From assembly GCA_965216255.1 (NCBI GenBank), contig OZ244148.1, positions 3,079,015 through 3,143,014 on the forward strand: a stretch of DNA of 64,000 nucleotides, read 5' to 3'. The notes below the pieces were generated by a model. That model was not told the origin of the DNA. It saw nothing but the letters and a program-made list of their open reading frames with translations, and searched no databases. The DNA comes from Rhodothermales bacterium. Its GTDB lineage: Bacteria > Bacteroidota > Rhodothermia > Rhodothermales > Bin80. A program made the translations under genes and the position numbers. This document shows positions 27,706 through 37,191 of this stretch, piece after piece. Every line of letters begins with the position of its first letter. Positions within the stretch are counted from its first letter, which is position 1.

Positions 27706-30360
27706 TCACTTGATGAGTTGCACGGTCGTGCTCAGATGTTGATGTCCCACGTCAAGGCGTAGAAGATATGTGCCACTAGAGAGGTTCCTGCCGTCGAGGT
27801 TTACCTCATACTGGCCGGATGGCCTGACTTCGTCAACAAGTGTCACTACCAGGCGCCCCAACAAATCATACACATGAAGACGCACATGCGCCTCTTCCCG
27901 AACGCTGTAGCGCACGGCCGCGGTCGGATTGAACGGATTCGGATATGCCTTCAACAACCCGCTATACAAACGAGTCGAGTCCGATGGCGTTTCCGAGGCC
28001 ACGTCGGCGCCATCGGCGTCGTAGCGCATCGGCCGCGGTCCGGTGACATCGAGGCAAGTGTTAAGATCCAGGACCCCCTCTGCCGAATAGGTCCTTATGG
28101 TATCCACCTTTGTGTATCCGTACTGACTAGTTGTCATGTCCTGCATTGCGTATGCCTTGTAGGCTGCTACCCTGTAATAGTAATACCCCGTGTTCCCGCC
28201 CTGACACTCGAAGCTTGTATCCACGTGCTCTGTTTCATTGCTTCCCAGCCGCTCAAGCACCGCCCAATCCCCCCCCTTCAAGCTGCTTTCCACCAGGTAG
28301 CCGTCTTCCAGGAAAGATTGATCCGTCCACCTGATTTGCGGGTTCCTGCTATCCGTCAGGCTGATGCTTGGCCAACCAGGCATGAGAGGACCGCCTATCT
28401 TTCGATCGACAAACTTCTCCTCAATCACAGCGGCATTGGCTCCGTTATCCACCCTGTGGTAGCGGTCTCTGAGTTCCTCGAAGTTATTTATTTCAGGCCC
28501 CATATTCATCGCTGTAAATAATAACCGGCTCGCTTCACCGCCGAGACGTTGACGAATTCTCCAAATGGCGCCGGAAATAATTTTCCCGGGTCGGTGCCAC
28601 CTTCTGTTTTTAGGTATCGAATCCGACTCTTTACCGCAATCCGACTCGACATCGCTGAAATAATCCATCGTGCACGTGTTGTACACAAACCTCGTCGTGG
28701 CACTAGATGATCGTACCCATTCCAAGCGATCATTGTTGCCCGCGAGTGGCCCGCCCATTTGTTCATGATCCGTATGATCGGTAGTAAAATAATCGGAGAA
28801 TCCTTCGCCCATAGCATATTTCATGGAGTCCTTCTTGTGACCCAAGCCAGCTAATTTGTAAAGCACGTTGTGCGTATATTCGTGCATGGCGGCATCGCTC
28901 GACATAGCGTGCATGCCGCCCAAAAACATTTTGTTAAGACCTGAAAAAGTACTAGCTTCTTTCTCCGCGCTAATTGTTATCTCAAACATCGCGGTGTTCA
29001 GGCCAGTAAAGGAAAACGTATCCATGAAATATTTGTGCATCCTCCGAACCTGATAAGCACCGTTGAGGGCGTAGGAGGTCATTTCGCCGTCACCACCATC
29101 GCCCCATCCCCAGTCGTAGTCGAGCCTTGCAGCTCCGTTCACGTTTACGGTAAAGCTCTTTTCCTTTTGGCACTCCTTGGGTCCAACCGTGACTATGGCT
29201 CGGTCGTTCGCAATTTCAAACGTGACCTCATAGGATCCGGCCTCTGACACGGACACGCTGTACGTCCCGTCCTCGCCGGCATATCCGGTGCAGACAAGGC
29301 CGCCTTCACTATTCTTCACGCTGAATTTCGCCCCGCTGAAGGGCTTATCTTCGAAGCGGAAAAACCCGTGAGTCGGATCGTTCGGCGACTCGTAATAATT
29401 GAGTCTGATCGTTCCGCTGATGCTGTGGGCAGCACCGGTACCGGAGGAACAATCGATGGGAAGCAGTTCGGTCTTGTTCTTTTCCTTGACCCTTACCGAT
29501 ATTCCTGACGGCATTCCATCCCATGCTGGTACGACCTGTGACCGCGTGCCGGCATCATTGGTCCGGGCGCTGTCGGCGGCAGCGTGCCTTCTCGACCCAC
29601 CACCGCTTTCCAGGATATTACTGTATTCGTGCAGGATCTTTCCCGTGTGTGCATCCACAATAAAGGTCTTGCTGAAGGGCGGGTCATTCTCGTAGTTGTA
29701 GAGAATGACTTCCCATGCCAGGTGGAAGGCATACGTGTCGCCCACCTCTTCGGGCACGATGACGAGCTCGTCCTTTACGTCTGCCTGCAGATTGGGGGCG
29801 ATGGTGTTCCCCCGGGCAGCGGCAATGGCGGCGGAGCTGCCCAGGCTGGGTGAGGCATCCACCTCCAGCTTCGGAAACCCCGTCGCCCCGGCGGCAATGA
29901 GCGCTCCGCCGCGCGTGACAGTTAGGCCAATCTCGGCACCCAGGACGCGGTAGCCGCCGTGCAACTGCGGGTAACTGACGAACCACCACTCGCTATCACC
30001 CGTAATGCGCGGCGCGCCCAACTGCTTCGGATCCAGGCCAAACACATTCTTGTGAGCCTCCACAAAGGCGTCCGCCGCCGTGTGCACAGAGGCTTCCGAT
30101 GACAGATACAGGGATGCGCCCAGCGTAAAGTCCAGGGAATCCGGGTCGATGATCCAGCTGGGCACACCGGTTATTTCATTGACGTAGGCGGCGAACTGCT
30201 TGCCGCCGTGCTCCAGGAGCTGCGGGTAGCGGATCTCCTGCTGCGCCAGGGCAGGCTGCGCTCCCAAGAGCAGCAGCAGGCTCCAGAGCGCCGGCTGCCT
30301 ACGCAGCCCAAGAGTCCGCAGTGCTTTGGCAATCCGTTCGAAAACATCAAATACTAACAT
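27706..30360 (-). CDS. Secreted M36 (fungalysin)-like zinc metalloprotease with FTP/PepSY-type propeptide and T9SS C-terminal sorting domain
   Basis: A signal peptide is present. The motifs HEYTH plus downstream GEGFSDYF are typical of M36/M4 enzymes. The C-terminal tail is AYPNPFNPTAAVRYSV...GTYLLRL. Confidence 0.8.
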   Translation of the reverse strand: MLVFDVFERIAKALRTLGLRRQPALWSLLLLLGAQPALAQQEIRYPQLLEHGGKQFAAYVNEITGVPSWIIDPDSLDFTLGASLYLSSEASVHTAADAFVEAHKNVFGLDPKQLGAPRITGDSEWWFVSYPQLHGGYRVLGAEIGLTVTRGGALIAAGATGFPKLEVDASPSLGSSAAIAAARGNTIAPNLQADVKDELVIVPEEVGDTYAFHLAWEVILYNYENDPPFSKTFIVDAHTGKILHEYSNILESGGGSRRHAAADSARTNDAGTRSQVVPAWDGMPSGISVRVKEKNKTELLPIDCSSGTGAAHSISGTIRLNYYESPNDPTHGFFRFEDKPFSGAKFSVKNSEGGLVCTGYAGEDGTYSVSVSEAGSYEVTFEIANDRAIVTVGPKECQKEKSFTVNVNGAARLDYDWGWGDGGDGEMTSYALNGAYQVRRMHKYFMDTFSFTGLNTAMFEITISAEKEASTFSGLNKMFLGGMHAMSSDAAMHEYTHNVLYKLAGLGHKKDSMKYAMGEGFSDYFTTDHTDHEQMGGPLAGNNDRLEWVRSSSATTRFVYNTCTMDYFSDVESDCGKESDSIPKNRRWHRPGKIISGAIWRIRQRLGGEASRLLFTAMNMGPEINNFEELRDRYHRVDNGANAAVIEEKFVDRKIGGPLMPGWPSISLTDSRNPQIRWTDQSFLEDGYLVESSLKGGDWAVLERLGSNETEHVDTSFECQGGNTGYYYYRVAAYKAYAMQDMTTSQYGYTKVDTIRTYSAEGVLDLNTCLDVTGPRPMRYDADGADVASETPSDSTRLYSGLLKAYPNPFNPTAAVRYSVREEAHVRLHVYDLLGRLVVTLVDEVRPSGQYEVNLDGRNLSSGTYLLRLDVGHQHLSTTVQLIK
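29665..30227. repeat. Parental copy of the 563-bp duplication (inside protease gene 27706-30360)
   Basis: See the feature at 25125-25687. Confidence 0.9.
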
Positions 30361-30462
30361 GGCTCTCCAATGAGTGGTGGTTCAGAGATTCAAGCGCCCC
30401 GCCGGGGCCGGGCCCAGGCCCTTGCCGGCGCACGCCCTTGCGTGATAATGGAAATCCGGCGG

Positions 30463-33400
30463 CTAGGAGGCCCCGTTCACCCGGACCCTGATAGACTGCA
30501 CGGCGCTGCCGTCCGTGTCGGTGGCCGTCACCTTCACTGTGATGTTTCCTGCGGTCCCTAACGGCACAAGTGTCAGCGTGCTACCGGACAGGCTGGCGGA
30601 AACAATGTTGGGAATACGCTCGCCTCCATACACCAACCCCACCGAGTAGGACACCGCATCGCCGTCCGGCTCGCTGAAGTACCACGCCACGTCAAGGCTG
30701 ACGGAAGAGCCGCCTATTGTGAGCGTCTGTGTGGGAATCTTGCCACTGGCTACGGGAGCGCCGCGCACCGTCACCCCAAAGGAGTGCTCTGTTGACCCTC
30801 CGCAGTCATTGCCGGCCGTCACCGTTATTATGGCAGATCCTGTCACTTCCGGCGTGAGCCTGAGCACGCCGGACGCAATACTCGTGCTCACCAGGACACC
30901 GGACGTCCTTCTGGCCGAAAACGAGAGGTTGCCGCCATTAGGATCGGAGAAGCGAGACCCCAACGGGACCGTTGCGAAGGACCCCCGCAGGATGGTTTGA
31001 TCCTGAATCGGCAGCAATACCGTGGGGGCTCCGCAGACCGTAACGGTAAAAGATTGAGGAACTGAAGTGGCCTCATGCGGATCGGTGGCCGTAACGGACA
31101 CATCCACTGCGCCGGCTGCTTTGCCCGTCAGGGTCAGCGTGCTGCCGGATATCGCCGTGCCCAGCACGCTGCTACTCGGGGAGCTGGCCGCATACGTCAA
31201 TGCCTGCCCTTCCGGGTCGTTGAAGTACTCCGACACGTCAAAGGCATCCGATGCGCCGCCCAGTTGCACCGTCCGGTCTTCGATAAAGCCTACCTTCGTA
31301 GGAGGCTTGTTCACTACCGTGACGGTGAAGGTCTGCGCCGACGAAATGGCATTATGCGGGTCCTGCGCCGTCACACTGATCATCGCAGACCCCGGCGAGC
31401 CGGGCGTCAGCGTCAGCGCGCTGCTATTGGTTGACAGACTGGCCTGGGCTACGTCGCTGTTGGAAGAAGACGCCGCGTACGTCAGCGTCTCTGTCTCGGG
31501 GTCCCGGAAATAGGTGGCCGCGCTGAACGAGCTGCCGGCAGCTCCCACGTTCATGGTCACATCCGAAATCGAGCCCTCTGTCTCCGGAGGCAGGTTCCGC
31601 ACCGTCACGTTGACAGCCGGGGTCGTGCTGCCACGACCGTCACTGACCGTAACGCTCGCCGACATCGCCCCGACGGACCGCGGCGATATCGTCAGCGTGT
31701 GGCCACTGAGCGTTATGGACGCGGGAGCATCCGTGGCAACAGACGACAACGTGTAGGTCAATGGATCGTTGTCCTGATCGCTACAGGACAGCACCACTGT
31801 GACAGCAGCGTCCTGGACGGTCAGCGACTGCGCCGCCATGGCGTTGCATGTCGGCGCCCGGTTGGGACCGACAACTACCGTAACGCTCTGCAGGGCGGAC
31901 CCCCCGGCCGCGTCGCTGGCCGTGACCGTGACCGTGCTGGACCCGTCCGACACCGGCGTCAGCGTCAAACTGCTCCCGCTGAGGCTCGCGGACACCGCGG
32001 CGTCACTGGGCAGCGGCGTCAAGGCATAGGCCAGTTTGGCCACGGCATCGTCCGCATCCGTGAAGTACCCGGACATATCCAGGGTGACGGAAGATCCTCC
32101 CACGGTCAGCGTCTGTGCGGCAACGGTGCCGCTGGCAACGGGCGGCGCGCTTACCATCGCGACAAACTTCTGAGGTACCGTACCCCCGCGGTTGTCGTCG
32201 GCCGTCACATTGACGCTCCTTACGCCCAGCTCGGAGGGCGTAACCGTGAGCACGCTCCCCGACACACTGACGGTCACGATATTCGGTACCCTGGGTCCAA
32301 CGCCGCCGCCGCCCGAAGTCCGGGCCGAATACGTGAGCTTATCATCGTCCGGGTCGGAGAAATACCCGGACACGTCGAACACCGCGGCCTGCCCGTTTTG
32401 CGTGAACAAGCGCTTCGGCATCGTGCCCACGCGTTCGGGAGGCCTGTTCGTACCAGGCAGCACCACAACCACCGCGATTGCCTTGAGGCTCACCACGAAA
32501 GCGTCCTGCACCGACAAGCCCCCCGGGTCCTGCGCCGTCACCGTGATCGTGGCCGGGCCGGTAGTACTGCCGGTGGTTACCGTGAGCATGCTGCCAATAA
32601 GCGATATACTGGCCGTGGCCGTGCCGGTGGACGACGACGCCGAAGTATAGGTCAGGTCCGCATCCTTGCCGTCCGGGTCCGTGAAGTGATCGGCAAGCGT
32701 GAACGCGGCGGTCGCTCCTCCCGAAGCCATGGTGGTGTCAACGATGGAATCATCGACACTGGGCGCCACATTGGGATTGACGCTCACCACGAAAGCGTCC
32801 GAGGCCGACAGCCCGTCCGGATCGCTCGCCCTGACCGTGATCGTGGCCGTAGCGGCTGCGGTCACTGCGCCGGTAATCACCGTCAGCGTCCCGCCGGAAA
32901 TGGCTACGGCCGCGGTATCCGGCGCCGACGAACTGGCCGTATACGTCAGCTTGTCCTTGTCCGGGTCCGAAAAGTGAGCGGACAGCGCTAGGACTGTGGT
33001 ATAGCCGCCCGAGGCCAGCGTGGTGTCCCGCAGCAGGGAACTGACCACCGGCTTGCGGTTCGATGTCACCACGACCAGGAAATCGTCCCGCACAAACAGA
33101 CCGCCCGGATCCGTCGCCGTAACGGTGACCGTGGCGGTACCGGCTGCAGCCGGCGTGATCTCCAAAGCGCCACTGGCGATCTCGGCGGTAACCACGTCCG
33201 CCTCCCTCGTGGTCGCAATAGTCGAAACCCGCTCCGTAAACGTCAAAACGTCCCCGTTCGGGTCCGAAAAGTGATCGGACAGCGTAATGTCGATACTCCT
33301 TCCTCCCAGAGCCTGGGTCGTATCCGGCAGCGGCGTATCCACCACAGGCGCACGATTGGCGGGAAAGACCTGTACGGCAAGTCGCTGGTACACAAAGTCT

Positions 33401-34347
33401 TCCGGATCGGATGCACCGACGCTTATGGTATCGCTTATGCTCTCGGTTAAGACCAGGCCCGGCACCAGCTTGATGCGCAGAGAATCCCGCTGCCCGCCCG
33501 TGATGGTTGCCCACACCACGTCCTCACGGTAGGGAACCCCGTAATACGTGAGCCGATCTGCGTCATCCTCAATGAAATGCGGCGCCAGATGGATGAATAT
33601 GGGCGGATCACCCACAAACATCGTGGTGTCCCGGACGGGATTTTGATCGTTCGCCCTCGGCGGCGTCTTAACGCGCACGTCAAAGCGCTGCTCGGCCATG
33701 CAGCCGGGTGAGGACTCTCCGGACTTCGTGACGCTTGCCCGGACCACGACCGTGGCGCTGCTGCTGCTGCTTGCCACTTTCGTCAGCGTCAGCATGCTAC
33801 CCGAGATGCCGGCCGAGACCACGCCCGCCGGCTCCGTGCGCGCCGTGTATGTGGTCGTCGCACCACTGTAGCCGAGCTCCGCGATAGTGAAATAGTCGGA
33901 TACGTCGATGACGACAGAGAGCCTAGACGCATGCACCGTCTGGTCAGGAATGCTCTCCTCCGTCGGCATTATGCAACTGCTTACGGTGACACCAAAGGCC
34001 CTGATGACCTCACTAGCCATGCCCGCATTCACCTTGACGGTGATGGTCGCATCCCCGGGTGTGAACCCGGAAGTAATGGTGAGCGTGTCCGTGCTCACCG
34101 CGATAGTACCTACCGCTATGGCGCTATTGCCCGAGGACACCTCGTAGCTGAGCCCCGTCCCCTCGAAATAGCAGGCAAGGCTGAAGCTGACCGACTTACC
34201 ACCGACGCCCAGGCGAATAGCAGGCTGTATGACCGAAGCGCTATGAGTGTAAAGAGATAAAGCCGGGTCTTTGGCGCAGTCGGCGGCGGCGCCTCCCACG
34301 GGCAGGGCGGTGAGCGCCAACAGGGTACTCCAGAGTATGTGTTGCAT
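30463..34347 (-). CDS. 1294-aa surface protein built from at least 11 cadherin-like/Ig-like repeats
   Basis: A signal peptide is present. A roughly 100-aa unit recurs with (F/Y)(S/T)DPD/E-G-x-LTY-x-A-SS...SG-x-(L)T(L/V)T...ATITVTA-x-D. No T9SS tail is recognisable. Confidence 0.8.
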   Translation of the reverse strand: MQHILWSTLLALTALPVGGAAADCAKDPALSLYTHSASVIQPAIRLGVGGKSVSFSLACYFEGTGLSYEVSSGNSAIAVGTIAVSTDTLTITSGFTPGDATITVKVNAGMASEVIRAFGVTVSSCIMPTEESIPDQTVHASRLSVVIDVSDYFTIAELGYSGATTTYTARTEPAGVVSAGISGSMLTLTKVASSSSSATVVVRASVTKSGESSPGCMAEQRFDVRVKTPPRANDQNPVRDTTMFVGDPPIFIHLAPHFIEDDADRLTYYGVPYREDVVWATITGGQRDSLRIKLVPGLVLTESISDTISVGASDPEDFVYQRLAVQVFPANRAPVVDTPLPDTTQALGGRSIDITLSDHFSDPNGDVLTFTERVSTIATTREADVVTAEIASGALEITPAAAGTATVTVTATDPGGLFVRDDFLVVVTSNRKPVVSSLLRDTTLASGGYTTVLALSAHFSDPDKDKLTYTASSSAPDTAAVAISGGTLTVITGAVTAAATATITVRASDPDGLSASDAFVVSVNPNVAPSVDDSIVDTTMASGGATAAFTLADHFTDPDGKDADLTYTSASSSTGTATASISLIGSMLTVTTGSTTGPATITVTAQDPGGLSVQDAFVVSLKAIAVVVVLPGTNRPPERVGTMPKRLFTQNGQAAVFDVSGYFSDPDDDKLTYSARTSGGGGVGPRVPNIVTVSVSGSVLTVTPSELGVRSVNVTADDNRGGTVPQKFVAMVSAPPVASGTVAAQTLTVGGSSVTLDMSGYFTDADDAVAKLAYALTPLPSDAAVSASLSGSSLTLTPVSDGSSTVTVTASDAAGGSALQSVTVVVGPNRAPTCNAMAAQSLTVQDAAVTVVLSCSDQDNDPLTYTLSSVATDAPASITLSGHTLTISPRSVGAMSASVTVSDGRGSTTPAVNVTVRNLPPETEGSISDVTMNVGAAGSSFSAATYFRDPETETLTYAASSSNSDVAQASLSTNSSALTLTPGSPGSAMISVTAQDPHNAISSAQTFTVTVVNKPPTKVGFIEDRTVQLGGASDAFDVSEYFNDPEGQALTYAASSPSSSVLGTAISGSTLTLTGKAAGAVDVSVTATDPHEATSVPQSFTVTVCGAPTVLLPIQDQTILRGSFATVPLGSRFSDPNGGNLSFSARRTSGVLVSTSIASGVLRLTPEVTGSAIITVTAGNDCGGSTEHSFGVTVRGAPVASGKIPTQTLTIGGSSVSLDVAWYFSEPDGDAVSYSVGLVYGGERIPNIVSASLSGSTLTLVPLGTAGNITVKVTATDTDGSAVQSIRVRVNGAS

Positions 34348-34949
34348 GCGTTCGTGACAATAATGAATTCAACGAGAACGCATGGAAAGACTATTACAAG
34401 CACCAAAATAAAATATGACATGCATAAAGGGTAATGAAAACTACCCCACATGATTCCCATCTCAAGGCAACGTGCAGGCGATTCGCCGCCCTTGCCAACC
34501 GGCCTTACTTACTCCGATCTATCGCTGAGAGGCGATGCGACCTACCCTGTACACCCAATCCAGCCCCTCCTGAACACTGGTGCGTCTTGGGTTCGCTTCA
34601 ACAGGCGAAGTAGCCTGCAGCTACGGCCCTGGTGGATCGATCGCGATGACCCGATCCGGCCCCGCTACCGGAATGCCGGCAACGCTGACAACGTGCCGGA
34701 TGGCCTCTGCCGCCATGGCCACAAGCGGTCCGATCCGTCATCCAGCGCGTCACCCTCCAATCGCAAGTGGCGCCTCTGCCTGGGCTGTCTCGTATCCGTG
34801 TGTGCACAATACGTGCATGCACAAAAACATACTCCGCTACCATGGATTCTTCACCGTAGGCGGCACGGAGGCATGCGCCTTCGAAGCACGGCGTGGCCGG
34901 CCATCGACAACACGTAACCATGCTCGCCGCCCGTTGCGGGATGTCTCCG

Positions 34950-35342
34950 GGCCCGGCACCCGCGACATGCGCTCAGTCGACAGATGAGAAACTCCCTATC
35001 TGCCTCATCAGGGCAGTCTCAAGGCGCAATGTCATTCTGCATCCCAGCTTCAGATGCCGGATCCTCTCTGATCGCTGCATGGTCGCAAGATGCGTTTCAT
35101 GGTATGCCAACGTCCTGTTCGGGCTGTATCCCTACCGCTCCAGTCCCCTCCCGCGCTCGAGACTCCGTTGTAGAAGCCAATTCCGCAATCGAAAACAAGG
35201 CCGCACGGGATTCCGCCTTGCAGTAGACGCACTCCAGACCCTTGAGCACCGCACTCATGTCGTCGCGCATTCTCGGGTCTATGGCAATCTCCTTGATCGG
35301 CGTACTGTCGAGTGCGCGGCACTCTGGGGCATTCTTGCGCAT
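34950..35342 (-). pseudogene. Decayed transposase N-terminal remnant, same family as 23496-23633
   Basis: ORF 35097-35342 reads ...IDPRMRDDMSAVLKGLECVYCKAESRAALFSIAE. A shifted frame continues with TGRWHTMKRILRP. No intact DDE region follows. Confidence 0.3.
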
Positions 35343-35514
35343 GGTTGCTCTGGCGAATGTGAGCCGTTTTGCGCCCGTAAACGCTCAAATAGGCTATGCG
35401 TCCTTCAGAATTACCGCCAATTGGAAGATATAAATGATTGTGTCGTCAAGACTTAAAGCATTGCCGTACAAGCACGAGCTTGTTTTCATAAAATGACGAA
35501 GTTGCGCTGAGGCA

Positions 35515-36918
35515 TTATAGGTACCCTCTATCGGCAAGAGCCGCCCTGAATCTCCGATACGTACCCTCGTAGGCCCGAAAACGTGTGGCCGAAGGCTCGA
35601 TGGTGCGCCCGATGTTTGTCATGGCTGCCATGGCTTCCGCAAACGTTCCGAAGCCTGCGCCGACCGCCGCGACGATGGCTGCCCCCAGCGCAGTTTCCAG
35701 GCAGGCGCTGCGATGGTATACCCGGCCCGTAACGTCGGCCCGGCACTGTAGCCACACGTCGCTTTGACATCCACCTCCCGTAGCGAAGACCTCTCCTGTA
35801 CCCGGTGGCAGAAGCGCATCCAGCTCCTCAAGGCCGAGGCGTTCGATAAAAGCCGTGCCTTGAAGGCAGGCGGCGTAAGCGACCGGGCCAACGGCGCACT
35901 GCTCGATGAAGCCTTCCGCATTCGGGCGTTCAAAGGGAAAACGTTCTCCGCGTCCTACGAGAGGATACGCGAGATATTGGCTCGGCAGCAATGGGGCGGC
36001 CTCGCGGTCCCAATCGGCGGGAGGCGCCCCGGGAAAGTGTGCGGCAATCCAGCTGGCACCCGTGTTACTGGCAGCACCTGGTAGCCAAAGGCCACCGGGC
36101 AGTTTGTGGCAGTAATAACGGCCGTCGGCGGTGGGCATTGTGGCGGTGAGCCCCTTGAAGACTAGCGTGGTTCCCAGCGTCACGTTGTAGGATCCTTCGC
36201 GCAGGCCCGATGCAATGGCAGCGGCCGTACCATCTGTGGCGCCTGCCACCACGGGAAGGCCTTCGGGCAGTCCCGTGGCTGCTGCTGCCCTTGCCGATAC
36301 GACACCGATGGGCGCACCCGGAGCGACGACGGCCGGCAGGCGGTGCAATATATCCGGGCCTATCCAGTCAGGCCACCGGTCGTACACGAGCTCGTATCCC
36401 ATCTTGAGGGCATTCGAATAGTCGATCATGCCAAAGTCGCCGGAGAGGCAGCCGGAAAGCCAGCCTGCCTGGCTCATGAACCGTGCCGTTCGTGCGAAAA
36501 CGGCTGGTTCATGGCGCCGGATCCAGCCGGCCTTGGCAATAGCAAGGGATGGGCTGCGGTTGGGCCAAGTCGCCTCCGAAATCCCCCGGGTATCGTCGTA
36601 CATCAGCGCCGGCCGCAGGGGCTCTGCAGCCTTGGAGGTGCAGACGAGTGTGCCCGATGTGCCGGTTACGGCTACGGCACGTAGTTGCTCTGCAGCTGGG
36701 AGGTCCTGCATTACGCGGCGCGTCACCAGGCACAGCGCGCTCCACCAGGCTGCCGGCTCCTGCTCATGATGGCTGCCGCACCGCCTAGCGGACAATGGTG
36801 CCGTGGCCTTTGCGATCACGCTGCCGTGCCAAGCCGCAGCCAGAGCTCGTACGCCGCTCGTGCCCGCGTCAATACCGAGGAAGACAGGCTCGGGAACCAT
36901 GGACCAAGGTGGCAGCAA
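35515..36918 (-). CDS. FGGY-family carbohydrate kinase (xylulokinase-like)
   Basis: The N-terminal motif is FLGIDAGTSGVRA and the C-terminal motif is GGG..S..W. The start may instead be at 36900. Confidence 0.8.
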   Translation of the reverse strand: MLPPWSMVPEPVFLGIDAGTSGVRALAAAWHGSVIAKATAPLSARRCGSHHEQEPAAWWSALCLVTRRVMQDLPAAEQLRAVAVTGTSGTLVCTSKAAEPLRPALMYDDTRGISEATWPNRSPSLAIAKAGWIRRHEPAVFARTARFMSQAGWLSGCLSGDFGMIDYSNALKMGYELVYDRWPDWIGPDILHRLPAVVAPGAPIGVVSARAAAATGLPEGLPVVAGATDGTAAAIASGLREGSYNVTLGTTLVFKGLTATMPTADGRYYCHKLPGGLWLPGAASNTGASWIAAHFPGAPPADWDREAAPLLPSQYLAYPLVGRGERFPFERPNAEGFIEQCAVGPVAYAACLQGTAFIERLGLEELDALLPPGTGEVFATGGGCQSDVWLQCRADVTGRVYHRSACLETALGAAIVAAVGAGFGTFAEAMAAMTNIGRTIEPSATRFRAYEGTYRRFRAALADRGYL

Positions 36919-36938
36919 TCGCGCTCACTAGATCCGCG

Positions 36939-37023
36939 CGGAGGGGGAGGGATTCGAACCCCCGGTACCTTTCGGCACGCTGGTTTTCAAGACCAGTGCA
37001 TTCGACCGCTCTGCCACCCCTCC
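36939..37023 (-). tRNA. tRNA-Ser (anticodon UGA), type II with long variable arm
   Basis: I folded the cloverleaf manually. Acceptor GGAGGGG/CCCCTCC; anticodon stem CTGGT/ACCAG with loop CTTGAAA; variable arm GTGCC-GAAA-GGTAC; T-loop TTCGAAT. No encoded CCA. Confidence 0.9.
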
Positions 37024-37051
37024 GAACGACAACGTGCGAGCTCTGCATCGG

Positions 37052-37139
37052 CGGAGAGGGTGGGATTCGAACCCACGATGAGCTTTTGACCCATACTCCC
37101 TTAGCAGGGGAGCGCCTTCAGCCTCTCGGCCACCTCTCC
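37052..37139 (-). tRNA. tRNA-Ser (anticodon GCU), type II with long variable arm
   Basis: Acceptor GGAGAGG/CCTCTCC; anticodon stem CTCCC/GGGAG with loop CTGCTAA; T arm GTGGG-TTCGAAT-CCCAC. No encoded CCA. Confidence 0.9.
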
Positions 37140-37191
37140 GAACTACGGACTATACGCCGTAAAATCACGAATCAAAAGAACCCGGAAAACC

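Noticed and set aside
30463-34347. Periodic repetition that might look like a repeat array or CRISPR.
   Set aside because: The periodicity is at the protein-domain level (units of about 300 bp inside one continuous ORF). The units are diverged and there is no short identical repeat/spacer structure.
34348-34950. Checked the unexplained non-coding stretch for tmRNA, RNase P RNA or tRNA-like elements.
   Set aside because: I saw no GGTTCGAAT-type T-arm, no GAGGAAAGTCC-type P4 motif and no CCA-ending acceptor-like stem by eye. It needs an Infernal scan to be sure.
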